This document shows, one piece after another, positions 53,688 through 63,848 of a stretch of DNA of 64,000 bases. The position numbers and the translations under genes were made by a program. The stretch comes from an uncultured Candidatus Micrarchaeota archaeon (GTDB lineage Archaea > Micrarchaeota > Micrarchaeia > Micrarchaeales > Micrarchaeaceae). Location: NCBI GenBank assembly GCA_963762345.1, contig CAVXKI010000002.1, forward strand, positions 370 to 64,369, written 5' to 3'. Each line of letters starts with the position of its first letter. Position 1 is the stretch's first letter. The notes beneath the pieces were generated by a model. The model had not been told where the DNA came from, searched no databases, and saw nothing but the letters and a program-made list of their open reading frames with translations.

Positions 53688-54396
53688 GCTTAGTCTTGAG
53701 TGGGGCGAGAGCGGAACCAAGAGGGCGATTGCAAGAGATGACGTCGTTGTAATAATAGACCAGCTGCGTTTCAGCTCCACGATGGTAACCGCAACTGCGC
53801 ACGGATTTACAATCGAGCCGATTTCGGAGAAGCCAAAAATGACGGAGGGGTTCAAGAACTCCCCGCTCTATTTCCTGGACAAGGAGCCAAGAAAAGTGAT
53901 GCTGTACTCGGCGAACGGCGCACAGGCGACATTGGCGGCGAAGAACGCGAGGCATGTTATATATGGATCTATTCTCAATGCAAAGGCGGCCGCAGCATGG
54001 ATTGACAAGACAAACGAAAGCACAACGCTCGTCGCGGCCGGAGAGAAGGATGTGGGATATGGCGGCACGCCGGAGAGGCATAAATACATGGACAAGGAGG
54101 AGGCGGAGCTTACGCGCGTCAACAACCTCTGGGCGCTTGAGGATCTGCTTGGAGCGGGAGCCATAGCTTACTTCTCAAAGATGAAAAAAACAAAAGAGGT
54201 AATTGAAGCGCAGAAGACTTTCGAGAAGAGCAAGGACAATCTTTTCGAGACGCTTGTAAAAACATCAAGCGGGAAGTGGCTTTTCGACAAGCACGGGAGC
54301 CATGACGACCTTATTTATTGCAACCAGCTCAATCTGTACAAAGTTGTTCCGAGGCTGCACATGATAGATGGGGTCCCAGAAATAAGGGCGGATTAG
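53674..54396 (+). CDS. comB: 2-phosphosulfolactate phosphatase (ComB) family protein
   Basis: VVVIIDQLRFSSTMVTA N-terminal motif; size (240 aa) and the LLGAGAI region fit the ComB family. 14-nt overlap with the upstream gene. Confidence 0.55.
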   Translation: MIMAELSLEWGESGTKRAIARDDVVVIIDQLRFSSTMVTATAHGFTIEPISEKPKMTEGFKNSPLYFLDKEPRKVMLYSANGAQATLAAKNARHVIYGSILNAKAAAAWIDKTNESTTLVAAGEKDVGYGGTPERHKYMDKEEAELTRVNNLWALEDLLGAGAIAYFSKMKKTKEVIEAQKTFEKSKDNLFETLVKTSSGKWLFDKHGSHDDLIYCNQLNLYKVVPRLHMIDGVPEIRAD

Positions 54397-54432
54397 ACAA
54401 AAGTATAAATTGCTAGCTTATCATCTCTTAAT

Positions 54433-56085
54433 ATGGACCTAGTCACGCTCATCTGGGCGCTCTTGCTTGATACGAGCGCATCCTGGCTCAGGATGTTTGT
54501 CGCGCTCGCCGTATCTATGCTAGTGAGCCTTGCTGTCGGCATATGGGCTGCAAGATCCGAGAAAGCGGGGCGTGTGATACTGCCGATCATCGACATACTG
54601 CAAACGCTTCCCATACTTGCGTTCTTCCCTTTTGTCATCTACATAGTCATAACGATATTCCCGGCATATCTTGGGATAAACGCAGCCGTAATATTCCTGA
54701 TAATAACCAGCATGCTGTGGAACATGATTTTCGGAGTGTATGAGGCGATAAAGACCCTGCCAGGCGAATTCACCGATGTTGCGTCCCTGTATAAAATGGG
54801 GGGCTGGCAGAAGATCACGAAGATATACATACCTGCTGCGATGCCGAAGCTCATTCAGCAGTCTGTTCTCTCATGGTCCATAGGTCTGTTCTATCTCGTG
54901 ACAAGCGAAATATTCTCAACTGGAAGCGCAAGCTACACTGTGACCCATGGGATAGGAGTGGCGCTTACGCAGCTCGCCCTGTCCGGAAGCTATGTTGATT
55001 ATGTGATAGGCCTCGCAATCTTCATAATATTCGTGATTGCGACGAGATTCCTGATCTTCGTGCCTCTTGAAAGGCACTACGAAAAGCCGAACAAGGTCAT
55101 GGCAACCAAGGTGCAGCAGCACAAGATGCAGGGCATCTCCATGCGCAGCGTAAGGCTTTTCAGGGAGATAGAAAATCTTTACAGAAAGAATTTCGAGAGA
55201 AGCGCACTTAAGAGCAAAAGAGGGGAGGAGCCCAACCTTGAGCCGATCTTCGACCGCGAGCTTGCGGAGATGCATCGACAGAGGAGGATAAGGTGGAGCT
55301 TTTACTTCGTGGTGCTGCTCCTGCTTGTCGCCGCATTCCTGATCACGACCGGGACGATAAACCCGACTACTATATATTATGAGGAAATGTCGCTGATCGC
55401 GCTCGCTTTCTCTTTTGTGAGGGTGTGGCTGACCTTCCTTGTCATACTGGCAGTGGCGGTACCCGTTTGTGTTTATCTCATATTCATATCGAAGAGGGCT
55501 GGAAGCTATCTTACGCTGTTCCAGATACTGGCGTCTATACCCGCTACTATTGTGCTGCCGATAATCGTGGTTGCGCTTGCTAATTATCCCGCGCACAGCG
55601 AGCTTGTTGCATTTTCTGTGTTCTTCCTGAGCGGCATCTGGTACGTGATATTCAGCTCTATAGCAGACGCAAAGTCGCTGCAGAGCAGCGTGTTCGAGGT
55701 CAAGAAGCTATTCAAAGTAAAAGGATTGAACGCGTGGAAGAACATCTATGTCAAGGCGATTGCACCCGGCATCATAACCGGCGCGGTGACTGGCATAGCC
55801 GCAGAATGGAACGCTAGCATAGTTGCGGAATACTTCACGAGCGCAGGCATAGGAGGCAATGCAACAACAGTATGCAGCGCTGTGAGCTCTACGATTGCTG
55901 CAAACTCACCGTGCATAGTGAGCGCAGTCAATGTCGGCATGGGAAGGCTCCTCGACACATCACTCGCAAGCGGGAATCTTTCGCTCATGCTCATAGCATT
56001 AATTAATTTAACCGTTATGATAATACTGATAGATACCTTTGTGTGGAAGAAACTCTACAAGAGGGTGTCTGATGTGTACAAGTGA
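54433..56085 (+). CDS. ABC transporter permease, fused double domain (NitT/TauT sulfonate/nitrate/taurine type)
   Basis: Two permease halves, each with an EAA-like loop (YEAIKTLPGEFTDVASLYKMGGWQKITKIYIPAAMP; ADAKSLQSSVFEVKKLFKVKGLNAWKNIYVKAIAP), joined by a charged linker. Confidence 0.7.
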   Translation: MDLVTLIWALLLDTSASWLRMFVALAVSMLVSLAVGIWAARSEKAGRVILPIIDILQTLPILAFFPFVIYIVITIFPAYLGINAAVIFLIITSMLWNMIFGVYEAIKTLPGEFTDVASLYKMGGWQKITKIYIPAAMPKLIQQSVLSWSIGLFYLVTSEIFSTGSASYTVTHGIGVALTQLALSGSYVDYVIGLAIFIIFVIATRFLIFVPLERHYEKPNKVMATKVQQHKMQGISMRSVRLFREIENLYRKNFERSALKSKRGEEPNLEPIFDRELAEMHRQRRIRWSFYFVVLLLLVAAFLITTGTINPTTIYYEEMSLIALAFSFVRVWLTFLVILAVAVPVCVYLIFISKRAGSYLTLFQILASIPATIVLPIIVVALANYPAHSELVAFSVFFLSGIWYVIFSSIADAKSLQSSVFEVKKLFKVKGLNAWKNIYVKAIAPGIITGAVTGIAAEWNASIVAEYFTSAGIGGNATTVCSAVSSTIAANSPCIVSAVNVGMGRLLDTSLASGNLSLMLIALINLTVMIILIDTFVWKKLYKRVSDVYK

Positions 56086-56091
56086 AGCGAA

Positions 56092-56841
56092 ATGGCAATA
56101 ATCGATGTGAAGAACATTGTGTTCTATTACGATGCGCAGAAGCAGTTCGAGATAATAGACAATGTATCGTTCACCGCAAACAAGGGAGAGTTCGTGTCTG
56201 TGATAGGACCATCAGGCTGCGGCAAGAGCACGTTGCTGAGGATAATGGCTGGCCTGATAAAGCCGAGCTCAGGAAAGGTCATGTATATGAACAAGAATAT
56301 CGCAGAGCCTATCCCAGAAATATCTTTTGTGTTCCAGGACTTTGCGCTGATGCCGTGGTTGACAAACCTAGATAACGTAAAGCTTGGATTGTCATTGTCG
56401 AAGATGGATGAGCAGAAGAAAGACAAGAGGGCAAGAGAACTTCTTGATCAGTTTGGCCTTGCCGGATTCGAGGATTCGTATCCGAATGTTTTGAGCGGCG
56501 GAATGAAGCAGAGAGTTGGAATAGCGAGGGCGATAGCGCCGAATCCGAAGGTATTGCTCATGGACGAGCCGTTCAGTTCCCTTGATGAACTCACAGCAAA
56601 CACGCTGAGGAGCGACATAATGTACATGCTGAAAAGCAAGAAGATTTCTGTTGACTGCGTGATAATGGTCACGCACAACGTGGAAGAGGCTGTCGAGCTT
56701 TCGAGCAAGGTTGTTGTTCTGTCCAACAAGCCATCGAGGGTCAAGGCAATAGACAGGATGCCGATGAAATACCCGAGGGACAGGCACAGCAAGATGTTCC
56801 TGAACGCTGTTGACAGGCTCTACGCGAGGCTTACAGGCTGA
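56092..56841 (+). CDS. ABC transporter ATP-binding protein (SsuB/TauB-like)
   Basis: Walker A GPSGCGKST, signature LSGGMKQR, Walker B LLMDEPFSSLD. Confidence 0.85.
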   Translation: MAIIDVKNIVFYYDAQKQFEIIDNVSFTANKGEFVSVIGPSGCGKSTLLRIMAGLIKPSSGKVMYMNKNIAEPIPEISFVFQDFALMPWLTNLDNVKLGLSLSKMDEQKKDKRARELLDQFGLAGFEDSYPNVLSGGMKQRVGIARAIAPNPKVLLMDEPFSSLDELTANTLRSDIMYMLKSKKISVDCVIMVTHNVEEAVELSSKVVVLSNKPSRVKAIDRMPMKYPRDRHSKMFLNAVDRLYARLTG

Positions 56842-56850
56842 AAGAAAGAT

Positions 56851-57336
56851 TTAGCTTAATCTCCATCTGTCGCTGCGAGGGTTATAATTGAATATCTTGC
56901 ACCTCAATGCCCATTCCAGGAGCACATGCCTGAGTATCTCCTCGTTCTCTCTTTCGTTTGTGCTGAATGCGAGCTTGTTGTGCCTGAGATAAAATGAGAG
57001 CTGCCTTGTTGATTCGCTTTTGTGCATCTGCAGCGCGGCCTTTGCAAGCCTGAACGGCTCCAACCTTGTTATATAAGTCCTGATCAGCGCCTGGAAATTG
57101 TCCGGGTGCATCTTTGCCCCCAGTTTGGTGAGTTTCAGCTTGCCCCTGTTCACCGTCATAAATCCGAGCATTATGCCAGCGCCCACAACAGGAAGCAACT
57201 TGTCCACCTTCCTGTGCGTTATCTGCTCTAGCTCCGACAGCGATATTGTATGGTTGCGGCTGTCCTTTGCTATGTCCACTACTGCCCTCATCTCGCTGAT
57301 GCCTGCCTCGAACGGGAACATTTGTATTCTCTGCAT
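56851..57336 (-). CDS. stand-alone AAA-associated C-terminal domain protein (normally fused to NitT/TauT-type ABC ATPases)
   Basis: 161 aa with ISLSELEQITHRKVDKLLPVVGAGIMLGF...KLTKLG, a winged-helix-like pattern recalled from the C-terminal extension of nitrate/sulfonate ABC ATPases. Confidence 0.4.
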   Translation of the reverse strand: MQRIQMFPFEAGISEMRAVVDIAKDSRNHTISLSELEQITHRKVDKLLPVVGAGIMLGFMTVNRGKLKLTKLGAKMHPDNFQALIRTYITRLEPFRLAKAALQMHKSESTRQLSFYLRHNKLAFSTNERENEEILRHVLLEWALRCKIFNYNPRSDRWRLS

Positions 57337-57387
57337 AGATTCACTTGCTCATATAAGGTTTAAATCAGTTATCACCACGGGACTTTC

Positions 57388-57901
57388 TTAAGCTTCAATG
57401 CGTGCGCTATTATGTTCGTGATCGGGTGCAATAATCCTGTCAGTATTGTTATGAATATCAGGCCATAGATGCTCGGGAGATTGCCCAGAGAATATGCGAA
57501 TATCAACGCAACTACGTAGAAACCATATTGGTCCATTATCGGGACGCCCGTGCCCTGCCTTTAGGTCCATTCTTCTCTTTATGAAGCTGCCGAGTATGTC
57601 GCCGACCATCGCGCCTATGGAAAGCGCAATTCCTATATAAAACAGGTATGGCAGTCCAAAGAGGATGCTTTCGAGATAAGCGACTATTATGCCTGCAATG
57701 ATCCCGGACAGCGTCCCTCTTATTGTCTTGTTGTCGCCGAAATTCTCTTTCCGTTGATGCATCTTGTTGAAATCGAGTGGTCTTCCGCCCTTTCCGAAAA
57801 GTACAGGCAGCCGCATTGGCCACATAAGCTGGGAATATGTAGATTATCGGATAGAGTATGACAGAGTAGATTAAGCCTAAGTCCATGAGATCACTCGACA
57901 A
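57388..57901 (-). pseudogene. carS: CDP-archaeol synthase, frame-disrupted
   Basis: IFPAYVANAA..., GGRPLDFNKMHQRKENFGDNKTIRGTLSGIIAGIIVA..., GAMVGDILGSFIKRRMDLKAG. Pieces lie in at least two minus-strand frames (ORFs 57388-57825 and 57536-57901). Confidence 0.7.
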
Positions 57902-59700
57902 TCGCCTTTATCCTTCTTACTCCTGCGGCAACGGCCTCCTGCTTGATTATCTTGAAAGTGCCCAGCTCTCTTGTATTGCTGACGTGAGGCCCGCCGCAGA
58001 TCTCTCTGGAGTATACTGTCTTGCCTTTTGCAATGGTGTAGACCTTGACAGTCTGTTCATACTTTTCCTCGAAGACTCCCTGTGCGCCCAGCTTCTTCGC
58101 CGCCTCCACCGCCATTATCTCAAACGAGACATCGGCCTCTGCCTTTATCACGTTGTTGACCCAGTCCTCTATCTTTTTTATCTGATCATCAGTAAGCTTT
58201 TTGTCATAGTTGAAGTCGAATCGCAATCTTTCCGGTGTGATGTTTGATCCGACCTGGTAAATTGATTGGATCTACGACCGCCCTCAATGCCTGGTTGAGC
58301 AGGTGCGTTGCAGTGTGGAGCTTTGTCGTGGCCTCGCTGTGGTCTGCAAGCCCTCCCTTGAACTTCTGTTCTGCTCCCTTGCGCGAAATCGCCTGATGCT
58401 CCTTCATCAATGCATTGAATCCCGCTACGTCGACACCGAAACCCTTTTCTTTGCACATTTCTGTCGTTATTTCCAACGGGAAGCCGAAGCTCTGGAAGAG
58501 ATCGAATGCGCTCTTCGCATCGAGGGTCTTTTTGTGCGCCTCCTCGAGAAGCTGGAGCTCCCTCTCAAGCTGCTTGGTGCCGTTCTCGAGCGCCGCGGAG
58601 AATCTCTCCTCCTCTTTGCCGAGCTCCTCGAAGATCCTCTTGCTGTTTTTCCTAAGCTCTGGATATGATTCTCCCATTACATCTACTACGACCTTTGCGA
58701 CATCGTTGCAGAAGTTACCGTTGATCCCAAGCATTCTGGCGTGTCTTATGCTTCTCCTGATGAAACGCCTTAGCACATAGCCCTGGTCGACATTGCTTGG
58801 CACCACGCCCTTGTCGTCGCCGATTATCATCACTGCTGCGCGGATATGGTCTGTGATTATTCGTGCATTGCGGTTTGCCCTGTCGATTTTCACTGTTGAG
58901 ATGGAGATTACTTTATCAATAATAGGCGCTTAGGGTGTCGCACTCGTAGACGTTGGTGAAGCCGTTGAGCGAAGCCACTGTTCGTTCCACGCCCATTCCG
59001 GTGTCGATGTTCTTCTGTGTCAGGTTTTCAAACCTGCCGTCTTCGGTTTTGTTGTACTGCATCAGGACGTCATTCCAGATCTCGCAGAATACGCCTTCTT
59101 TGCACAAGCCTGTTAAACTCGTCTGTGCTTCTTTCCTGCACATCCTTAACATGATAGAACATTTCGGTGTCTGGTCCGCATGGGCCAGTCTGCTCCTGCT
59201 GGGCCCCACCAATTGTCCTCTTAGGTAAAAAGTGTATCCTGTTTTTTTCTACGCCAAGTTTTTCCCATACGCGCGCGGCTTCGTCGTCGCGCGGTGCGTC
59301 CTTGCTCCCTGCAAAGCAGGTAACGCTAAATCTCTCTTCGGTATTCTCCAGTTCTTTTGTCAGGAATTCGAAGCTCATCGCTATTGCTTCTTCTTTGAAG
59401 TAATCGCCAAGTGACCAGTTGCCGAGCATCTCGAAGAAGCTGAGATGCCATGCATCGCCCACTTCATCTATGTCACCGGTGCGCACGCATTTCTGCACGC
59501 TGCACAGGCGCTTTCCGAGCGGGTGCGGCTCTCCGAGCAAGAACGGCACAAGCGGATGCATCCCCGCAGTTGTGAAAAGTACGCTCGGATCGTTCTCCGG
59601 GATTAAGCGATGCGTTCGGGATGAGCTTGTGTCCCTTCTTTTCGAAGAACGCCAGGTATTTCTTTTTCAGATCTGCACTTGAAATCATTTTAACACTCAT
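57891..59700 (-). pseudogene. alaS: alanyl-tRNA synthetase, bacterial type, short (no C-Ala domain), several frameshifts
   Basis: [20 protein letters not shown] / [56 protein letters not shown] / editing-domain HTATHLLNQALR and CGGPHVSNTRELG. The ~603 codons end right after the editing domain. Confidence 0.85.
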
Positions 59701-59707
59701 TCAACGT

Positions 59708-60566
59708 CTAATCCCTTTTGCGGCCACCAGACCTTGCATTCCTTTCCGAAGAAGACACAGTAGTTGCATTTCCATTTCTCTTCTCTGGGCACAGGCAAGC
59801 GATTCTCTCTCTCCTTTCCAGTACTTGAGCACGAACTCCAGCTCCTTCTGCTATCTCCTGCTCATCGTAGTTGAACTTGTAGAGCTTAATCTCCTTTCCT
59901 GTGAACTGGTTTATGTACCTTATGTGCAGCGTGTCGCTTATTTTTCCCAGTTTTGGGAACATGTCAAAGAACTTTATTGCGATCGCATCTACGGTCTGCA
60001 TGGACTTCTCTATCCGACAGCGCGTCGAGCTGCCTTGCAAACTGGTCTGTTATCCTTAGTGTTGATATGCCGTACTTCTTTCTGAACATGTCGATGGTGT
60101 ACGTACTTGTTGATCAGATCCTCGAGCATTTTCCTGTAGACCATCACCTGTACCTTGTGCGTCAGCATCTGCGGCTCGTCGGAAGATTGTCATTCGACTT
60201 TGTCTTGTCCTCCCAGACAAATACCTCGTTATCCTTTATCTCGAGCTGGTCTATCTTCCCGACTACGGTGAAACCGTTTATCGCGCCGTATACCTGTATC
60301 TCTCTCGATATCTTGTTCTTCACAAGAGCATCGAGCGCGCTCACGCTCGTGTACAGTATCTTGTACATCACGTCCGCATAGCTCTTCGGCATTAGCACTA
60401 TCGGAACATTTGTCTCGCTCTCGAGCTCCTCGTGGAGAGCCCTTCCTTTCTTTATCTCTGCGGTTATCTTGGCACCGTGGATGTAGTTGAGCTCCATCTG
60501 CCTCTCGCACCAGTACTGCGCACGCGATGTCTGTCGCTCGTATACTGCTTTTGCCCAGCTTTCCAA
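59708..60566 (-). pseudogene. Cas4/RecB-like PD-(D/E)xK nuclease with 4-Cys cluster, frame-disrupted
   Basis: N-terminal YWCERQ, GKIDQLEI...VFVWEDKTK (D...E-x-K). The corrected C-terminus reads CPEKRKWKCNYCVFFGKECKVWW (C-x2-C-x6-C). Pieces lie in different frames. Confidence 0.5.
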
Positions 60567-60796
60567 GGTTGTCCAAATAATCAGCCCGCCTACTTGTCTT
60601 CACAGCTATAAAGCTCAGCTTTCACCTCAATCATCACGGAATTAGTTGAGAGGTATAATTATAAATAGCTTAGATTTTCTTGCAACAACACAGCCAATGG
60701 GTCAGGCCCTTGTAAGGGTAAGCCTTTTAAAAGTTTACAGTTTAATGAAAACAGGTGTTTTGAATAAACGGCTCTAAGCTTATCTGGGTACTCCTT

Positions 60797-61198
60797 GTGC
60801 TTATCGCTCTTGTGCTGTTTGCATATTTCATCGGCGTTGCGCAGAACTATTATAACAACGGCTCCGCTCCCGCGGCCTATTCGAATGCGAGTGGCGCGAT
60901 GGGGGTTGCGATAGCTATACTGATAATATCGCTGGTTGGCGCATACTTCGTCTCTGAGTTCAGGCCCCTTTCTACAAAATCGATTATCTTTGGAATTGCC
61001 TTTGCGCCGATAGGAATTTTGATATGGCTTTACGGGGATTATGGCGGCGGCCCCACTTGTGTCGGGGCGGGATTGCTGGTGCTGATAATCGGTATAGCGC
61101 TATGGGCCATTGGCGACATAAGCGGCGGCGCGTTTAGCAGAAGGGCAGCAATTAATATGGGACCACGAAGGCACGCCAGAAGGCGAAGGTCTAAGTAG
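60797..61198 (+). CDS. small 4-TM membrane protein with basic tail
   Basis: 133 aa, GTG start, hydrophobic, C-terminal RRHARRRRSK. Confidence 0.45.
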   Translation: MLIALVLFAYFIGVAQNYYNNGSAPAAYSNASGAMGVAIAILIISLVGAYFVSEFRPLSTKSIIFGIAFAPIGILIWLYGDYGGGPTCVGAGLLVLIIGIALWAIGDISGGAFSRRAAINMGPRRHARRRRSK

Positions 61199-61216
61199 CA
61201 CTTGCGGAGACGGCTG

Positions 61217-61843
61217 CTACTGCTTGTTCTTCCTTATTCTCCTCATTGCATAGACGTATATCAGGTATAGGATTATTACGAAGACGGCAATTGCGCCGAG
61301 CACGAAACTGATGCTGCGCACAGAAAGCAGATAATAGCCGAATAGCAAGAGCACGATCTCCCATATCAGGCAGCCGAGAATAGACCAGAAGAAGAACTTC
61401 TTAAGCGGCATCTTTGCAAAGCCTGCTGGAAAACTCATGAGTGCCCTGACTTCTGGTATGAACCTGCTTATGAAAACAGCGAATGCGCCGTTCCTCGCAA
61501 ACCATTCATCAAATGCATCGAGAGACGACTTCTTTATGCGGAAGAAGCTCAGGTGCCTGTAGATCACATCCTTGCCCAGATAGTAGCCTATCGCATAGTC
61601 TATTGCGAGGCCGAGGACATTGGCGATGAATATGACGATGAAAACAAGGTATATGTTCAGGATGCCCTGTGCTGAGAACACGCCGGCCAAAGGTATGACG
61701 ACCTCGCTCGCTATGGGCAGCGACGCGCTTCCCAAGGTCATCAGTATGAACAGCGCAAGGTATCCGTATGCCTTCACGAATAACATTATTGCGCCGCTGG
61801 AGCCCTCTATTATCGCCAAAATGCTGCTGATTATGTCTGTCAT
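61217..61843 (-). CDS. DedA / SNARE-associated (VTT domain) membrane protein
   Basis: 208 aa with LPIASEVVIPLAGV and FISRFIPEVRALMSFPAGFAKMPLKKFF, hallmark DedA motifs. Confidence 0.8.
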   Translation of the reverse strand: MTDIISSILAIIEGSSGAIMLFVKAYGYLALFILMTLGSASLPIASEVVIPLAGVFSAQGILNIYLVFIVIFIANVLGLAIDYAIGYYLGKDVIYRHLSFFRIKKSSLDAFDEWFARNGAFAVFISRFIPEVRALMSFPAGFAKMPLKKFFFWSILGCLIWEIVLLLFGYYLLSVRSISFVLGAIAVFVIILYLIYVYAMRRIRKNKQ

Positions 61844-61911
61844 CGATTCACGTATTGCTTAATATGTTAAACTATTAATATTGCTTTGTAAAAGCCTATT
61901 GTGTTGTTTTT

Positions 61912-62944
61912 ATGAAAGTGATAAAGTTCTACGAAAGCGAGGGCAAGCTCAAACTGCGAGTGGACACTCTCGACGATCTTGTGGACCCTTCAGAGGATAA
62001 TATTCGCAAACGACCTTGTAAAATCCGAGAGTGTGAGAAAGTTCAAGTCGAGCGAGAGCGACAAGGGAGAGCTCAAGGAGGTAGTCATAACGGTAAGGGT
62101 GGAAAAGACAGAATTCGACAAGACCGCAAACAGGCTGAGGATAATGGGAAAGATAGTTGAAGGAAAGCCTCTTGATTACATAAAGCTGAACAGCTATCAC
62201 ACGCTCAACATCGCGCCCGGAGACGTTCTTGATCTTATGAAGAGCGAATGGCACGACTATCTTGTGATCGTTATAAGGAATGCTGTATCCGACACAAAGA
62301 AGGCGCAGGCTCGGGCTTATTGTTGTCGATGAGGAGAAGGCGATGCCCGCGTATCTTCTCGGTTACGGAGTTGAGTTCAAGAACGAGATATACAGCGGGC
62401 TGAGCAAGAGGATGAGCCAGAAGGATTTCGTTGAGCAGCAGAAGAAATATTTCCAGGCAGTGCTTAACATGGCAAACGAGATGAGAGTGGATACTGTCAT
62501 AATAGCCGGACCTGGCTTCACAAAGGACGACATAAAGAAGTTCGGTGAGGAGAGCGGCTTCATAAAGAAGATGGAGAAGAAGCTGATATTCGAGAAGACT
62601 AGCAGACTCGAGAGCGCACCGGAGTCTACGAACTGATAAAGAGCGACAAGGTCGCAACGCTATTGCAAAGGGAAAGGATAAGGATCGAGTTCAAGCTTAT
62701 GGAGGAATTCCTCAACAACCTGGATTCCGGGCGTTCAAAATCCGGGATCGAAGCGGTCAATGACGCAATAGAAAGCTACGAGGCAAAGACCGTTCTTGTG
62801 AATGACAGCGTACTCGGCAACAAGGATGTTCAGGCTGTACTGGCAAACGCGGAGCGCAACAAGGTGAAGATCGAGGTCTTCAACGCGGGAGATGAAGTAG
62901 GAGAACAGCTCCATGCGTTCAAGGACATTGCAAGCATAGGCTGA
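61912..62944 (+). pseudogene. pelA: Pelota (mRNA surveillance / ribosome rescue factor), about 3 frameshifts
   Basis: MKVIKFYESEGKLKLRVDTLDDL / TLQRIIFANDLVKSES...RLRIMGKIVEG / LGLIVVDEEKAMPAYLLGYGVE...VIIAGPGFTKDD / GVYELIKSDKVATLLQRERI...VLVNDSVL. Fragments are in three frames (shifts near 61980, 62300, 62630). Confidence 0.8.
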
Positions 62945-62945
62945 G

Positions 62946-63418
62946 CTATTTCTCGATCCTGCTTTTTCCGTAGTTGAATGCGATTTTTGTAATGAGATAT
63001 GATAGTGTAATCGCAAATATCACTCCGAGTGTCAGGTATCCCACGTAGCGCAAGGAGATGAAGTGTATCGATGTAAACTGGTTGTACAAGAAGCTGAGAA
63101 AGTTCAGAGTAGAGAGTTCCGAAGGCAGGTTCTGCCTTATGAAGCCAGTGGAGTATGCAACAAGGTCGAGCAGAAGAAAGAGCATGACGGCTATGCCTGC
63201 AAATGCGAAAAGCTGCCCGAAATACGGCCCGTACTTGCCTGCCCCTTTGGCTTGTGCTTCCTCATCATTGCCATGTTGTAGCCGCTCGTGTACGCGGTCC
63301 ACATCGAGAAAATTAGGTAGCCGATTGGCAGTGCTATCTCTAGTATGGTAAAGGTTTCTGCCGTCGCCATCTTGATTACCGATTTGCTTTGTGTGGGCAA
63401 ATTTATAATCTTTGGCAA
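62946..63418 (-). pseudogene. small membrane protein, one frameshift near 63265
   Basis: ORFs 63191-63418 and 62946-63302 overlap in different frames. Joined, they give a ~150-aa multi-TM protein. Confidence 0.4.
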
Positions 63419-63848
63419 TTAGTTCTGTCCCTTTCTCTGGAACGCCTCAATGTCTTCCTTTGTTATGCCGACTCCGTAGTGCCTGCTCCAGGCCACGTCC
63501 GGTGAATCGCCAATTAGAACCTGTCTTAGTATGTGAACTACTCCGCTTTTTCTCTGCTTTCCCTCTTTCTGTAGTGACGTGCCCCCAATCATTAAATCAT
63601 CAGGAAATAGTATGTTGGTTTATTATAAATAATTATCGCTCGCGTTTATTAGAACAAAAGCTTTAAATATTATTCCAGGCGCATAGATTACTATACGCTT
63701 AAATTGCGGCGTTGTACGGTAATAAGAATGCAACTTGCACTGCACGTAGATACATGTGCTCTTTTTGGCAGCGCAAGCAAGATTATAGCATCTAATATGA
63801 ATCCGTACGACGCTTTGACCGCATAAATTCTAAAATCTGGGTGTTTAT

